From Monocercomonoides exilis PA203 (Eukaryota > Protista > Preaxostyla), in contig LSRY02000008.1 of NCBI GenBank assembly GCA_001643675.2, forward strand, positions 992,001 to 1,056,000: a stretch of DNA of 64,000 bases, in the 5' to 3' direction. The translations under genes were made by a program, and so were the position numbers. Below, in pieces: positions 1 to 13,324 of this stretch. Numbering within the stretch: the stretch's first letter is position 1; the number at the start of each line of letters is the position of its first letter. The notes beneath the pieces are model-generated. The model saw only the letters and a program-made list of their open reading frames with translations. It was not told where the DNA came from and did not search any database.

Positions 1-1422
1 CTCCTCTGTCGAGAGGCCGTGCAATATGTGTGCTGTGAGGAATGAAGGTTACGACGTCAATATTTTCTTTTTGAAATTCTCTCCAGATTGTCGGATCTGC
101 GCGAGAAATGTGTGAGTCTATGAGAAGCAAGCAGCGAGAGTTTTCCAGTAACATGCGCTTTCTGCGATCGATTATTCCTTGAAGGAGCGTTGTTAGTGCG
201 TACTTTTTGAATTCATTGCAGCCCATCCAACCACTTCTGTTCGGCCAGATATCCAGAATTTGTGACAGCAGCAGCTTCATTTCATCAGGAAGACTCTTGC
301 TAAGCCATAGAATCACAGAAGGAAGTGCAAATCCATCAGCAGCCACAGCAGCAACCAGAGTAGAATTCGCCATTTTTGGTGGTTCTTTGCGAAATCCTGG
401 ATTTTCATTTTTCGGGTGCACCACGCTCAGCTTAAAATTTATTGGATCTTTCAGCGATGACTTATCCATATTGAATATCAGTTCATTGCAGTATTCATTT
501 TTTTCGTGCAAATCGTCCAGTAATGAATACCAGGGCTGCAGAACACTTTGGCACGACACCGCAAGGCGATTAACATCAACATTTTTCGGCGAACTTCTCT
601 TCAGCCCTGGATGGCGCTTCATAAATTGGTAAGCCGTAGCCATTGAAACGTTAATGTATGTGGTGTCTTCATCTTATGTATCATTTATCACATTTTCCAT
701 CTTATTTATTTTAAAGAATTATTAATTATTTAAGAACAACAAACCAGTTCGCGAACTTTCCGTTAAGGCAAACAGCTTCCAGATCTTGGTTCAATGATTA
801 TTTCATTCAGTTCAATTTGTTCTTTGTCTCCTATTACAAATTGCGGTCTTCCAACTTTTAAAACCAGCCTTTTGCTTCTATGCGCACGAACAGCGTTTTT
901 GATCCTTTTTCGTAAGAATTCCATGGAGTTTATAGCGTCTGTAATCCTGACAACTCCATCAACCCCAATGCGCGCCATTTGTTCCAGCCGATTGTCAATT
1001 CTTCTGTAATCGAAAGATTTCGTTGCAGCACGTAATTTCCTTTGTCCAGCAATTCTCTTTTGTTCCACAGCAATTTTCATTTTTTTATTATGGTTATGAT
1101 CTAAAGTCCAACTTATAAATTTATTAATTTTCAATTTTCAATTTTCATTGATATTGAATTTTTATTTACATTCAATACGAATTTAAATGGTTTTATACCC
1201 CTTGTTACCCACCTATTTATTTATTTTTTTCGATGGAAGGGATTAACCCCATCATCTCCCCCACATTGGAAATAGGCTTCGTATTCAAATGTAATTATCC
1301 TAATTTTCAGGGTTTGCTTATCAACTGATAATGTTAATAAATATATAAAAAGTGGGAATTTTTATTTTCTATTTAAAAATTGAGGCACCGTTTAAAAATA
1401 GGTCCCGATAAATAACTGACCC
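1..1422 (-). mobile_element. pogo/Tigger-like (Tc1/mariner, DDE_1-type) DNA transposon, 5' part, truncated by the window edge
   Basis: The minus strand of 1-630 reads ...IFNMDKSSL...CLLLIDSHISR...DVVTFIPHSTHIARPLDRG, the three pogo catalytic-Asp motifs. N-terminal ORF 763-1134 (RLEQMARIGVDGVVRITDA...GRPQ) is homologous to 45485-45820. A probable terminus TA|GGGTCAGTTATTT lies at about 1422. Confidence 0.8.
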
Positions 1423-1912
1423 TATTTAATAATATAATAAAAAAAGTTAATTCATTGTATTGATGTAACACGGAAACTTATTTATCAACAAAAAAAAATA
1501 GTTTTAAATATTCAAATAATATTTTTTGATTTATTGATTTGAATCAAGAACAAAATACATTTTCTCATTCGAATAAGAATATTTAATAAAAATCGGCAAA
1601 CTGTGAATTCATTTCGGGACTGTTAACACTTCCAGCCAGTAAATATCTTCAACTTTTTAATTTCTTGATTTTTGATCAAGCCTATAAACTCTATTTGTGT
1701 GAATTATTTTTATTGAATTTTTAAAGATTTTCAAACGATTTCTGTCAGAAGATAATATCACAAAAAAAACTTTATATGTGATAGATTTTTTGAATATCAT
1801 AAAAAATGAAATATTTTTATGAACATATTGTTCCCTTATAAATTATGTTTTACGATTTAAGTTTTTATATTGAAAAGATCTTGATTTGTTGTTCAAATGT
1901 AAGAAATTCCAT

Positions 1913-2007
1913 ATGGGACAGAATTTTTTCATTAATGAAAAATCTAATGATTTGTTCCAATTTTTTTCTACAATCGTCTGATTATAATACTAACATTATC
2001 GTGCAAT
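1913..2007 (+). repeat. Left half of a ~190-bp dispersed repeat, interrupted by the 2008-5378 transposon
   Basis: ATGGGACAGAATT...GATTTGTTCCAA...GTGCAA matches 9901-9994. Confidence 0.75.
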
Positions 2008-2972
2008 AGACCTATTTTAGTTAGAATCAATAAATTTAAATATGTTTATTCAATTTCAATTACCTTCAACTTATCTAAATTTGCTTAATCAAATTCGAAT
2101 TCCCTTTAACTTTTTTTTGGTTTAAAGGGTAATTTTATGATCAACACAAAATGATCGCAAGTTTTTGTTTGTGCGCATTTTTCACTAACTTTGAATGAAA
2201 ACTGAATAAAAGATTATGGCTCATCATTAAAAAGAAATGTGTGTGATCAATTTGGGAGATTATTTTTGAAAACATATTGTTTCATACAAAATTTTCGGTG
2301 CAAAAATATTTCTTGAATATCAATAAACAAAAATTGAAAAGTGAAAAGGCTTATTGAATGCATTTCAATCTTTGATTCGGAAAAAGCATTTGTTTTAAAA
2401 AACAATTGTCATGCTTTTTCTCTTTTGAATTAATATTTTCTTTCAAAAAACATACAATCTTTCAAAAATAAGCTCCCCGAAAAAAGATATGATTCCAAAA
2501 TAATTACCCATTTATAAAAAAAATTTGAGTTTTGTCTGTCAATTTTTCTTTAATGTGACTTTTTTTATTACAGATGTATTCTCTTTCAGGTGCACAAGCT
2601 TTGTATATTGCAATATGTTTTCGATATTCCATTTTTGCTTGAAACGAAATTCAAATTGGATTTTCTTAAAATTTTTTAATATTTTGCAATATTTTCATTT
2701 CAACTTCAATTTTTATTGGCTGTGAAATAACAAAGAAGGAAAATGAAGTTTAACTTTGAAATTTTTTTGCTGAAAAATAAAACAAAAGAAAAAATCTTGA
2801 AATTATAAATATTCTTTTTCCGATTTTTTTTCAAGAGAGAAATGAGAGAGAAAAAAGGTGAAAGTCTATAAAGATAAATGATAATGATAAAAATGGGATT
2901 CATGTGGTTAGTTAAATATTGTGATTGTAATTTTGTTTGACTTAGATTTTCATTTGATGAGAAAGAAGAAGA

Positions 2973-4677
2973 TCATGATCGAGATAAGTTTGAATCCGAA
3001 GATGGAGAAGAATTTGATTGTTGAGAAAAAAAATGATGAGTTGAAATTAATTGCAAAGACGAAATTGGAAAGTTTGACAGTGGTTGAGTAGAAATTATCG
3101 TATCATTCAGTGAAGCTTGAGAAGAATATTGTGTATTTATTAGGGGCAAGGTGGAATTCGATAAATATTGATCAGATGAAGAAGTCGGCTTCCGCAGACG
3201 AGTTGATTCCCATTGATCTTGAAGAAACCAAGAAAAAGGGCAACTTCTTGTATCGTCGTTTATTCTTTCTCTTTCTTTCAAATTTTCTTCATTTCTTTCA
3301 GAATTATTGAAATTGACAGTTTTTCTTTTTTCTTTTTCTTTTTCTTTTCCTTCAGAAGTTAATTCATCATCTATTTCTATTTCTTCTCTTTCTTCTAATT
3401 CAAATAATGAATGTTTTTGTTTTTTCTCTTGATCTGAATGCTTAGAAAATCGTTCGCACGATGTGCCATCTGATTCTGTTGATTCTTCTTAAAATGATAA
3501 ATAATGGAAATATGAAAGTGAAAAAATGTTCTTTTCATGCTCAAAAGAACAATATGTGTGCAAAAACAAAAACAAACCAATTCTTTGGATTGACTTTGAA
3601 TATTCAAAAGTTGAATTCACATTTGCAAGATTAAGTTTTTTTATTTGTCTTTCTAAATATTGCTCGTTCGCTTTCTTTTTCGCTTCCTTTTTTGATTAAA
3701 TTGAGTGTGAAGTTCGTTAATTATCAACTCGTTTGCTTCGCAATCTGATTTCGTTAAAGGATTGTGTAAAATGTGAAAATAAGTTAAACAAACTGAAACA
3801 ACAAAAAAATCTTCAACTGTTATAATATCCATAGGCCAATTTCTTCTGAATACAGGAAATAAAGATTTTCATCGTCCAAAAAACCTTTCCGCAATAACCC
3901 TGTGCTTCGACAGATATTGTGTTCCATGTGGTTTTGTAATAATAGCTACCAGTTCTGCTTTTGCTCCCATATAGGCTGAGTCTGCCATGATTTTAGAACC
4001 TTTAAGATGTTGAGAGAAGGTTGGATAGTGATTTTTGAAAATTTCATAGTCATGAACGCTTCCTGGGAAAAAATCACTGATTGTGCTGGCTAATCCGTTC
4101 TTTGGATTGACTCCTATTTCAACTTTAACACAGTAAGAATGATGTTTTCCGCTAATAAATTTCATTCCATCTGTTAATTTTCCACTTGGCCTGATAATAG
4201 GCACAATTGTGCAACCCATAATTAGACCAACCTCTTGCAACTCTTTAATTCTATCTTTGCGAAAAATCAAAAGTAAATTCACAGGTGTATCTTTTATGTT
4301 TCCAACAATGCTGTGTAATAACTGCGTAACTGAGCTGTGTGATTTGTAAAATGGATAAGTCAAAAGTTCTGTCATTGATGTTGAGCCCAAATGAAGGAAA
4401 TTGAGTAAAATAAAAAGTTGTTCTTCAATATTTTGAATTGCCTTTTGCTTTCCACGATGTTGAGGTAATTCGTAATCAAGAAGAAGAAGCAACATATCAA
4501 ATTCTGTTCTTGTGAAACCTGTCAAGCGGAAAAATCCGTGAATGGGATTTTCGATTTTTTGACAAGCTTTTTCTCTTAATGATTTTTTTTCTCTTCTGGA
4601 GTTATTGGCGTATGCGTTGTAAGCGTTATTCTTTTTTCTGCACGCTCAAGAACCTCCAAAAAATACAATCGTTCCAT
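2973..4677 (-). pseudogene. Harbinger/IS5-like (DDE_Tnp_4) transposase pseudogene
   Basis: Motifs FFRLTGFTRTEF (HTH), SGKHHSYCVK, PGSVHDYEIF, IMADSAYMG and RVIAERFFGR. Lesions: an in-frame TGA at 3869 (reading continues KSLFPVFRRNW), the first catalytic Asp apparently lost (IMGCT), and a frameshift near 4580. There is a probable spliced E/K/S-rich last exon at about 2973-3490. Confidence 0.8.
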
Positions 4678-4782
4678 GACAAATATTTATTTACAAAATT
4701 TCTATTGATCTTTCACCATTTTTTGTTCAATCAACTTTATGATCGACATACCAGTATTTGAAGTTTTGAAATTGATTGAGTC

Positions 4783-5274
4783 GGTAAGAGGGTACATAGC
4801 GACCGGTATAAAAATTGTCTAAAAGAAGAACTATTGACCTTAAAAAACCTAATTTACGGATGAAATAATTCACATAAAGGAGAAATATTCGTTAAAAAAC
4901 TGAATATTTTTTGTGGTTAAAAAGCAATTTTTATCAAAAATTAATGATCGAACCCCTAAGATAAATAAGAGAGAAACTTTCTTTTAGGTTTTTATTGGAA
5001 ATAAAGATTTATCCATTGCCAATGTGTTTATTAGGGTTATGTTTGACGAAAACTTTTTAAAAAATCAACTAATTAGGGTTTTTTTATTTAAGGTGGGAAA
5101 GTTTTCAAAATAAAAATAACTGTTGGATTTAAAAAAATAGGTTTTCACAGCTTTGAATCACTGTAATTCGAAAACCACTTTCGAAATATCTTAATTGCAT
5201 TCATTAGTAATAGTCTAAATACATTAAAACATACAAATCGAAAAGTTTTACCGGTCGTTATCTGCCCACTTACC
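4783..5274. mobile_element. Non-autonomous MITE, Merlin/IS1016-like, 492 bp
   Basis: TIRs GGTAAGAGGGTACATAGCGACCGGTA vs reverse-complement GGTAAGTGGGCAGATAACGACCGGTA. A perfect 8-bp TSD ATTGAGTC sits at 4775-4782 and 5275-5282. No ORF. Confidence 0.85.
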
Positions 5275-5378
5275 ATTGAGTCATTTTGAAAAAGAATTTG
5301 TTTTATCGCATTTTTATCAAACTTATTTCAATTTTGTTCCACTTTTTCTAATTGAAAAAATATATTTAAAATAGGCCT

Positions 5379-5475
5379 AATATTTAAAAAAAAATATCAA
5401 AAAACTAAAAAATTCTTTTCAAGAACTGTGTGGAACAAAATTTATAAAACAAAAAACTTTGTCACAAATATTTAT
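5379..5475 (+). repeat. Right half of the ~190-bp dispersed repeat
   Basis: AAGAACTGTGTGGAACAAAATTTATAAAACAAAAAA matches AAGAACAGTGTGGAACAAAATTCATAAAACAAAAAA at about 10035-10070. Confidence 0.7.
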
Positions 5476-5542
5476 TCATGATCCATAACCAAAAAGAAAA
5501 AAATAATCTTATTCATAAAAAAATATATATATATTCTGTTTA

Positions 5543-6403
<861 letters not shown>

Positions 6404-6619
6404 AATTTGATTTTGAAAATATTTTTTTTTTTAAAGAAAAAACGTCTATTATGTACAATGAAAATATTTTTTTTTTTGGAATTATTTTTTAAATAATTTT
6501 CTTTAAATTTTATTTTGTTTTTTATGAGAAGTTAAAAATGTTTTTCAGAAAAGTAATTACCATTATAAAATTTTCCAATTTACGTTTATTTTTACTCAAA
6601 ATTTGAAAAGGAAAACTGA

Positions 6620-9600
6620 ATGAACCTGATGGAAAATTCTAAATTTAATTACGTAACTATTTTTATTCGTATTTCTCCTGGTGTTCTTATTCCTTATCCT
6701 CTCGAAAAACATACAACAATAATTCAACTGAAGCTTATTATTGAAAAGGAGATATTAGTTTCTCACAAATTGTTGATGCTATACTACAATGGCACCTATC
6801 TTTCAAATTCAATTTCCATCCACGATTTGAAAATTGTATGCTTTTGACCATTTCACATTTTTGTAGATGTTAATTACTTTTTTTCTTTCAAAAATAATGA
6901 ATTAATATCAGAGCGAATGTCCAGTAATTAATCTAGTCATACGGGTATTCCTAAAAATTTAGTTATGAATGTATATATTATCTTTCTTATCTCTGTAATA
7001 ATTAGAAATCTGAAATGATTCATCAAAATGATAGCTTGGCTAAGCAAAAGGAGCAAAAATCTTCATTGGTATCACAACGACAAAAGCAACTTAACTTTGA
7101 AAACTCTGTTGATTTTATGGATTCATGCTTAACAACTACACGTTTGAATGCAGACATGCCTTTGTATGATCAAACGGATTTTGTCGATAAGCAGCCTCTT
7201 GGAACAAATCCGTTTGCGAAGCCAATGGAAGAAAATGCATTGCTACAAGGGGAAACTATTTTGCAACAGAAGAGACGAAAAGGGCAACGCGTTAATTTCG
7301 GCAGATGGAGAGTCCCAATCTCCTCACATCACACTCTCACCCCAGATTATACCTCCGCCGGTTTTAATTCGAACCACGGAGCGGCCGCTGACGGGAATTT
7401 TTACGGTGGAAGGGAAGCAAGTGGAAGAAGCACTGCAGACAAAGCCAGAAGCCGGAGAAGGGCACACACAAGGGCAGGAGGAGGAGAAGAAGAAAGAGGA
7501 GGAGGTGGTGGAACAGCAGCAGCGGTGGAGATGGAGATGGAGGAAGGGCGCGATTGGGAAGCCGTTGACTCGAGCGACGCGTGCACAACGCTGATGTCGC
7601 TGTCGGATTCGGAGTCAGCGTCGGCGTCGGAGTCAGAAAGCTCGCTGTTTGCGGAGAATCTGGCGCATCTGCGGGAGTTCGGTTACTCTGAGAAGCAGGC
7701 AAGGAAGGCGCTGAAGATGTGCCACTCGAATCTCGAAGCAGCTGTTGAGCAGCTGGCGTATGAGGAGATGCTGCGTGGTGAGGAGGAGGAGGAGGGGGAG
7801 GAGGAGGATGAGGATGATGATAAAGGAGAAAGAGAAGGAGGGAGAGAAGGAGGAAGAGAAGACGACGAAGACGAAGAAGATGATGTTGAAAAGACGGAAA
7901 GAAGTAAAGAAAGTGTACCGAACAAGCCAAAAAGTGCAAAAGCATCGAAAAGCAAGAAGAAGACAGAAGAAGCAGTGGAAGCGGTGGCTGAGGAAAATGT
8001 GCTGAATCTTCTGGGTTTGCAACAAGCGCAAATTGCAAGTGATTTGACAGGCGAAGAAACAAAAACAAAGACAAAGACAAAATCAAAATCGAGAGCAAAA
8101 ACAAAGGCAAAAACGAAAACGAAAACACAAAATGGGAAAAGTCACTTAACTAAAAAGATAAAGGAAGGTGATGAACTTTTATCAAAAGCTGAAGCGCCTT
8201 CTGAGTCTTCGATGAGTGCCAATGACAGAAACAAGAGAGACAGTGGAGATTTGGACCAGAGAGGGAGAAAACCAGAATTCTCGTTTTTCACTCCATCATC
8301 ATCGTCATCATCCTCTTCCTCTTCCTCTTCCTCTTCCTCTTCCTCTTCCTCTTCCTCTTCCTCTTCCTCTTCCTTCACTCATGCCTCTTCATCAAACACC
8401 CATTTCCAGTCACAATTCAATGAAATCGCTCTTTTTGTGCCGGCAGGGTCAGATTTCATGTGTAATATTGACGAAGCGGATGAGCTGACAGAAATCGAAG
8501 ACGGGCTGTGCTACGGGACAGACGGGGTGGCGATGAGGAATCCGCATTTTAGAGGCAAGAGAAGAAGGAGAGAAGGAGAAGGAAGAAAAGAAGAAGAAGA
8601 AGAAGGAAGAGGAGAAGGAGAAGGAAGAGGAGAAGGGAAAGAAGAAGGAGAAAGAGAACAAAGAACACGAGGAAGATCCAAAGGAGAAGCAGATAGGTCG
8701 ATTTCTTCTTCATCATCAAAAGAGATGGGAAATGAATGGAATTCTCAGGCACAGCAATCTTCAGCGCATTTGCAAGCAGACGCTCCATTTTATAGACATT
8801 TTGAAAGAATTGGAGACAAAATGACAGAAAAAGAAGCGAATGTGAGTGATTCTTCTTCTTCTCATTCTTCTTCTTCCTCCTCTTCCTCCTCTTCCTCCTC
8901 TTCCTCCTCTTCCTCCTCTTCCTCCTCTTCCTCCTCTTCCTCCTCTTCCTCTTCCTCTCATTCTTCTTCTTCTTCTCATTCTTCTTCTCGTTCTCCTCAT
9001 TCTTCTTCTTCCTCTTCTTCTTCTCATTCTTCTACCAATTCAATCGATTTGATCGATGAGTTTTCTGCCTCCAGCCACGAAGCTTCTTCTCTTCCGCGTC
9101 AGAAACGACTGTCAGACATTCTGAAAGAGAAGAGGGATGCTGTTGAATTGCAAAGAATGCAAAAAATGCAGAAATTACAAGGGAAAAACATGGGAAAGGA
9201 GGAAAAGGAAGTGGGAAAGGAGGAGGAGGAGGAAGAAGAAGAAGATAAAGATGAAGATGAAGATGATAATGAAGATGAAGAAGAAGATGATGAGAAGAAG
9301 AATAAAAAGAAAAAGAAAAAGAATAAAAATGGCTTTAGTGGGGAATGGAGAAGCGAGGAAAGAGAAAGAGAGCTGAAGAAGCAGAGGCAGAAGAGGAAAA
9401 AGAGGACTTTGGATGGCCGAATGGAAGAGATTGAGGAAGAAGAAGGAGAAGGAGAAAGAGAAGAAGGAGAAGGAGAAGGAGAAGGAGAAGGAGAAGGAGA
9501 AGAAGGAGAAGGAGAAGAAGAAGAAGATGATGATATTGAATGGGAGGAAGATAACATCATTCCGAAGAAAAGGACGAGGAGGATGGCGAATTCTGTGTTT

Positions 9601-9870
9601 GGAGACGAGTATGGATGGGAAGGAGAAAGAGAAGGGGGAAGAGGAAGAGGAGGAAGAGGAGGAAGAGAAGAAGAAGAAGAAGAAGATTATATATTTGACA
9701 GAGGAATCGGAGGAGGTTTGTTGGGAAGGGAAGATCTGACGGAAGAAGACAAGAAGAATGTGGAGACGGCGATGGAAGTGACGGGGAAGTCGTTTGAAAG
9801 AGTGAGAGTGACATATTTGGAGATGGATAAGAACCTGGAAAACACGATTGTTGCATTGCTGAACATATAA
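6620..9870 (+). CDS. Ubiquitin-like + UBA-domain protein with long acidic/poly-Ser linkers (Rad23-like layout)
   Basis: Exon 1 (about 6620-6835) is ubiquitin-fold-like (TTIIQLKLIIEKE...LMLYYNGTYL...SIHDLKI). Two short introns precede the long exon. UBA-like segments are LAHLREFGYSEKQARKALKMCHSNLEAAVEQL (about 7660-7755) and the C-terminal LTEEDKKNVETAMEVTGKSFERVRVTYLEMDKNLENTIVALL. Confidence 0.7.
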
Positions 9871-9900
9871 AATAATCAAAAAAATTGATTAAATAAATAA

Positions 9901-10085
9901 ATGGGACAGAATTCTTTCATTTAAGAAAATTTCAATGATTTGTTCCAAACTTTTTCTTCAATCGTTTGATTATCATTCTTACATTTTCGTGCAAAATTTA
10001 ATATTAAAAATTAAAAATCGAAAAAAATCCTTGAAAGAACAGTGTGGAACAAAATTCATAAAACAAAAAATTTTGTACCAAATAA
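9901..10085 (+). repeat. Intact copy of the ~190-bp dispersed repeat
   Basis: Colinear with 1913-2007 joined to 5379-5475. Confidence 0.75.
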
Positions 10086-10572
10086 ATTAATTAATTTGAA
10101 TAAAAAATAAGGGATAAATTATTTCTTCATTTACAAGATTAAAATTTGTTTCAAGTTTTCTAAAGTGAAAATTGAATAAAAAAAAACAAAACAAAACAAG
10201 AAAAAAAAATGTATCATAAAAAGTTCATTTTGAAATCATTTTAGTGTTTTATGATCTTTTTTTTTTATTTAAAGTTCGGATCTTGACAAATGTTCAAAAT
10301 GAAAAAAATGATTGCTTTGAAAATAATGTAACTGGTATGATTTTCACAAACACTAACGAAGCAATTCGATTAATTTTTCGCTTCATACTAATGTTTTGTT
10401 AGCAAACTTATAGTCTTCAAAATAGACAAGGGTGAAAGTTTTATCAAGATCTTCTCTTTTCTTCTCTTTTCTTTTCTTTTCAAACGAAAAAATAAAAAAT
10501 TTATTATTTGCTTTCATTTAACTCTGTTGCTTAATTATTCAATCAAAAAAAAATCAAAAACGCAAAAAGCTT

Positions 10573-13000
10573 TCACTTTAAAAAACAATTGTCAAATAAC
10601 CTCACATCTCTTCCCAGAATTTTTGAACGCAATTTTTTATTCACCGAGCGTTTGCAAGGAGAAACAAACAGTAAATGTTGAATAATAACACCCGAATTTG
10701 CAGAATTCAAATTACTAACACAAGAAGAATCCGCACAAAAACCTCGAAGCAGCTCAAAGTCCCTCTGAACTTTATCTCTTTTAGCATTGCATTTTTTGGA
10801 GTTGAAAATCTTGTCATAGAATCTTGGCAGCATCTCTGCCACATCCAAAACACACCATTTCAATGGCTGTATTCTGCTTCTTTCTCCTTCATCAATGCTC
10901 AAAACATGCAAAGGCATGAAATTTTCCTCGTCTATGCTTGAAACAAAATCCATGTCAAAATAAAAACTTTCTTTTTTCTGTGAATAAATAGAAGAAGAAT
11001 GCGTTGTGAAAATAACATTGCCAGCATTTGAAACGAAATCGTGTGGATTTCTTTCTGTTGGAGAAGAAGAGCTTAAATGCGAATGTGTTTGAGAAAAAGG
11101 GAAAGATAATTTGCGAACTGATTGACAGGGCGAACGATAATCTTCACTTGAACAACAATTCAACGAAGAACTCGGCAAATGCGAAGAGCCAAAAGAAGAA
11201 CTTGAATCGCAAGGTGTTTGAAAAACCTCATTAAAAACAGATTTCTCTCTGTGAAAATTCATTTTCTGTGGATCAGGAAAAATGGATGAAGAAGGTGGTG
11301 AAAGAGAAGAAGCATCAAAAGCTGCTGAAGTTACATTTTTGATATCAAAACCAGATTGCCTCACGAAACTGCCCCTGCCTCTATCCTTCGAATGCTTTTC
11401 ATTCGAACTTCGTTTTTTCAGGCAATTTGCATTTCGAAACCTTTGCAGCGCTGTCATTGAATTCCACTGTGTCTGTTTTTCTTCTCTTTTCTGCTCCTTT
11501 TCGAGGCGACTCAAAAGAAATTCAAGATTTTTCGGCTTTAAATACTCTTTTTGCCTTTCATTTTCTGATTCTGTTTCTGAATCCTTATATCTTCTAACTG
11601 GAAAAGCATCTTCCTTTTGGTTCTCTTCTTCTTCTTCTCCTCTTCCTCCTCCTTCTCTTCCTCCTCTTTTTTTCTCATCAACCATATTCCTCCTCTCTAA
11701 CCTTATTTTCCCTTCTTTCTCAGCTAACTCCAAAACCTTCAGCTTCATTTCCTCAAGTGTCAATCTGCCAGCTCTGCTGCTTTCATATTCATTTCTTCCT
11801 TTTTCGTTATCTTCCTCTTCGCAACCTTTGCTTCCTCTTCCTTTTATTTCTTCACTTTTCCCTTTTTTCTCTCTCTTTTCCCTTTTTTCCCTTTTGACTG
11901 CTGAATTCTTTCTGTCTTCATCATCATCGACTTCTTCTTCTTCCTTTTCTTCTTTTTTTCCTTCAATTTCTATGACTCTTCTGCATCCATCCAAACTTTC
12001 ACATCCTTCGCATTTCTCCGGAAATTCCGCAGCATCTTTTATTTCGTCGTATTCCTCCTCTTCTTCCTTCATCAGCTTCCTCTCCTCTTCCTCCCACATT
12101 TTGCCCTCTTCTTCTTCCTCTTCTTCTCCAAGACTCCACCCTTTCTTCAGCCAAACCCCAAATACTTCATAGAACTGCCTCGCTTCTTTGATCTGTTTTT
12201 TCACTTCTCGTTTCCGCCTGGCCTTCCTTTCTGCTTCTTCGCTTTGCTCCTTCAGCACTGTTTCATCTGGGCAAAGTTCTTGTTCAGCTTCCCTGTTCGT
12301 TTCTCCATCTGTTTCCACTCGGTGAAATGTGCCCAGCCATTTTTCGTCCTCAGCCTTCCACCGCTCAATCAGCATCTCCCTTGCCACTCGCTCAACGTTC
12401 GATGAGGTCCCTCGAAAGTCTCGATATTCCACATCGCAGCAGAAATTATAGCTTAAATGCCTGGGGAAAATACTGGTTGTAATAATATCTGGATCGGCTA
12501 CCTCAAATGGAACCCCTCGCACAACAGAACGCATATTAAACAATTCGAAATTGTAGTCTTCATTTTTGTTTTTATCAGCTTTGAACTCTTCCTGTTTTTT
12601 TACATCTGAAGGATCAGTTTCATTAACTCTAAAATATGTTTGAATCATGCTGTTTGGAGCAGCAAATGCAGAATTCCTTGATAAATCATTAAATTGATAA
12701 GTGCCATTTGCACGCGTTTTGTTTTTTTGAAAAGTCTTCTCGTGAAAATATTGAGAGGGAAAGTTGCTATTTCTGGAGTAATCTGAAATTTATTTAAAAT
12801 CAAAAATAAAATTTTGAAAGAGTATTAAAATTTTTCTCAATTTTGATGCTTTTAAATACCGGATGAAGAAGTTGTATTAGCTTTTAAAAGAAATGCAACA
12901 CTTGTATTTTGCTCAACATCAAATGTGCTTGACGGATGATAAAAAGAAAAAAGATGAGAAGATAATGAAGAAGGCAACTCGCTTAAATGCACCTTACAAT
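10573..13000 (-). CDS. Hypothetical low-complexity protein (>700 aa, spliced)
   Basis: The 691-aa ORF extends in frame to an acceptor at about 12783, and an upstream exon (about 12860-13000) joins in frame. The start was not located and no domain was recognised. Confidence 0.6.
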
Positions 13001-13324
13001 CTGTTAAGGATGATGAGCCTTCTTCTTCAAGTAATGAATATTGCTCAGCTGTCTCAAATTGACAAAAAAATAAAATAATAAAATTTCAAAAAAAATAATA
13101 AATAAACGCGCTATTTTTCACAAACATCAAAAAATACATACCTTTAAAGTAGAGTATTCTCTTGTGAACATCGTTATATTTGTTTTTTAACGCAAGAATG
13201 AAGTGAGTTAATGCTTGAAAAAATTATTATGGGAAAATCTAATAAACCATTTTACAAAATAATTGCTTAAAAAAAGCAGACAAAAAATTAAATGCAAAAT
13301 AAATGTTTGCGCAAATGTTTCAGG

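Larger units (their letters stand above)
2008..5378 (-). mobile_element. PIF/Harbinger (PHIS)-superfamily DNA transposon, degenerate, about 3.37 kb
   Basis: The termini AGACCTATTTTA (2008) and TAAAATAGGCCT (ending 5378) are inverted, with AAT on both sides (2005-2007, 5379-5381). The two flanks rejoin into the uninterrupted repeat at 9901-10085. The element contains a DDE_Tnp_4-like transposase. Confidence 0.75.

Noticed and set aside
207-632. Plus-strand 141-aa ORF
   Set aside because: It is the antisense shadow of the pogo-like transposase.
7148-9879. Many overlapping or antisense ORFs (poly-F, poly-L, poly-R, GGR repeats) here and at 27.3-27.8 kb, 52.8 kb and 59.5-60.6 kb
   Set aside because: They are stop-free shadows of GAA/GAG/TCT microsatellites.
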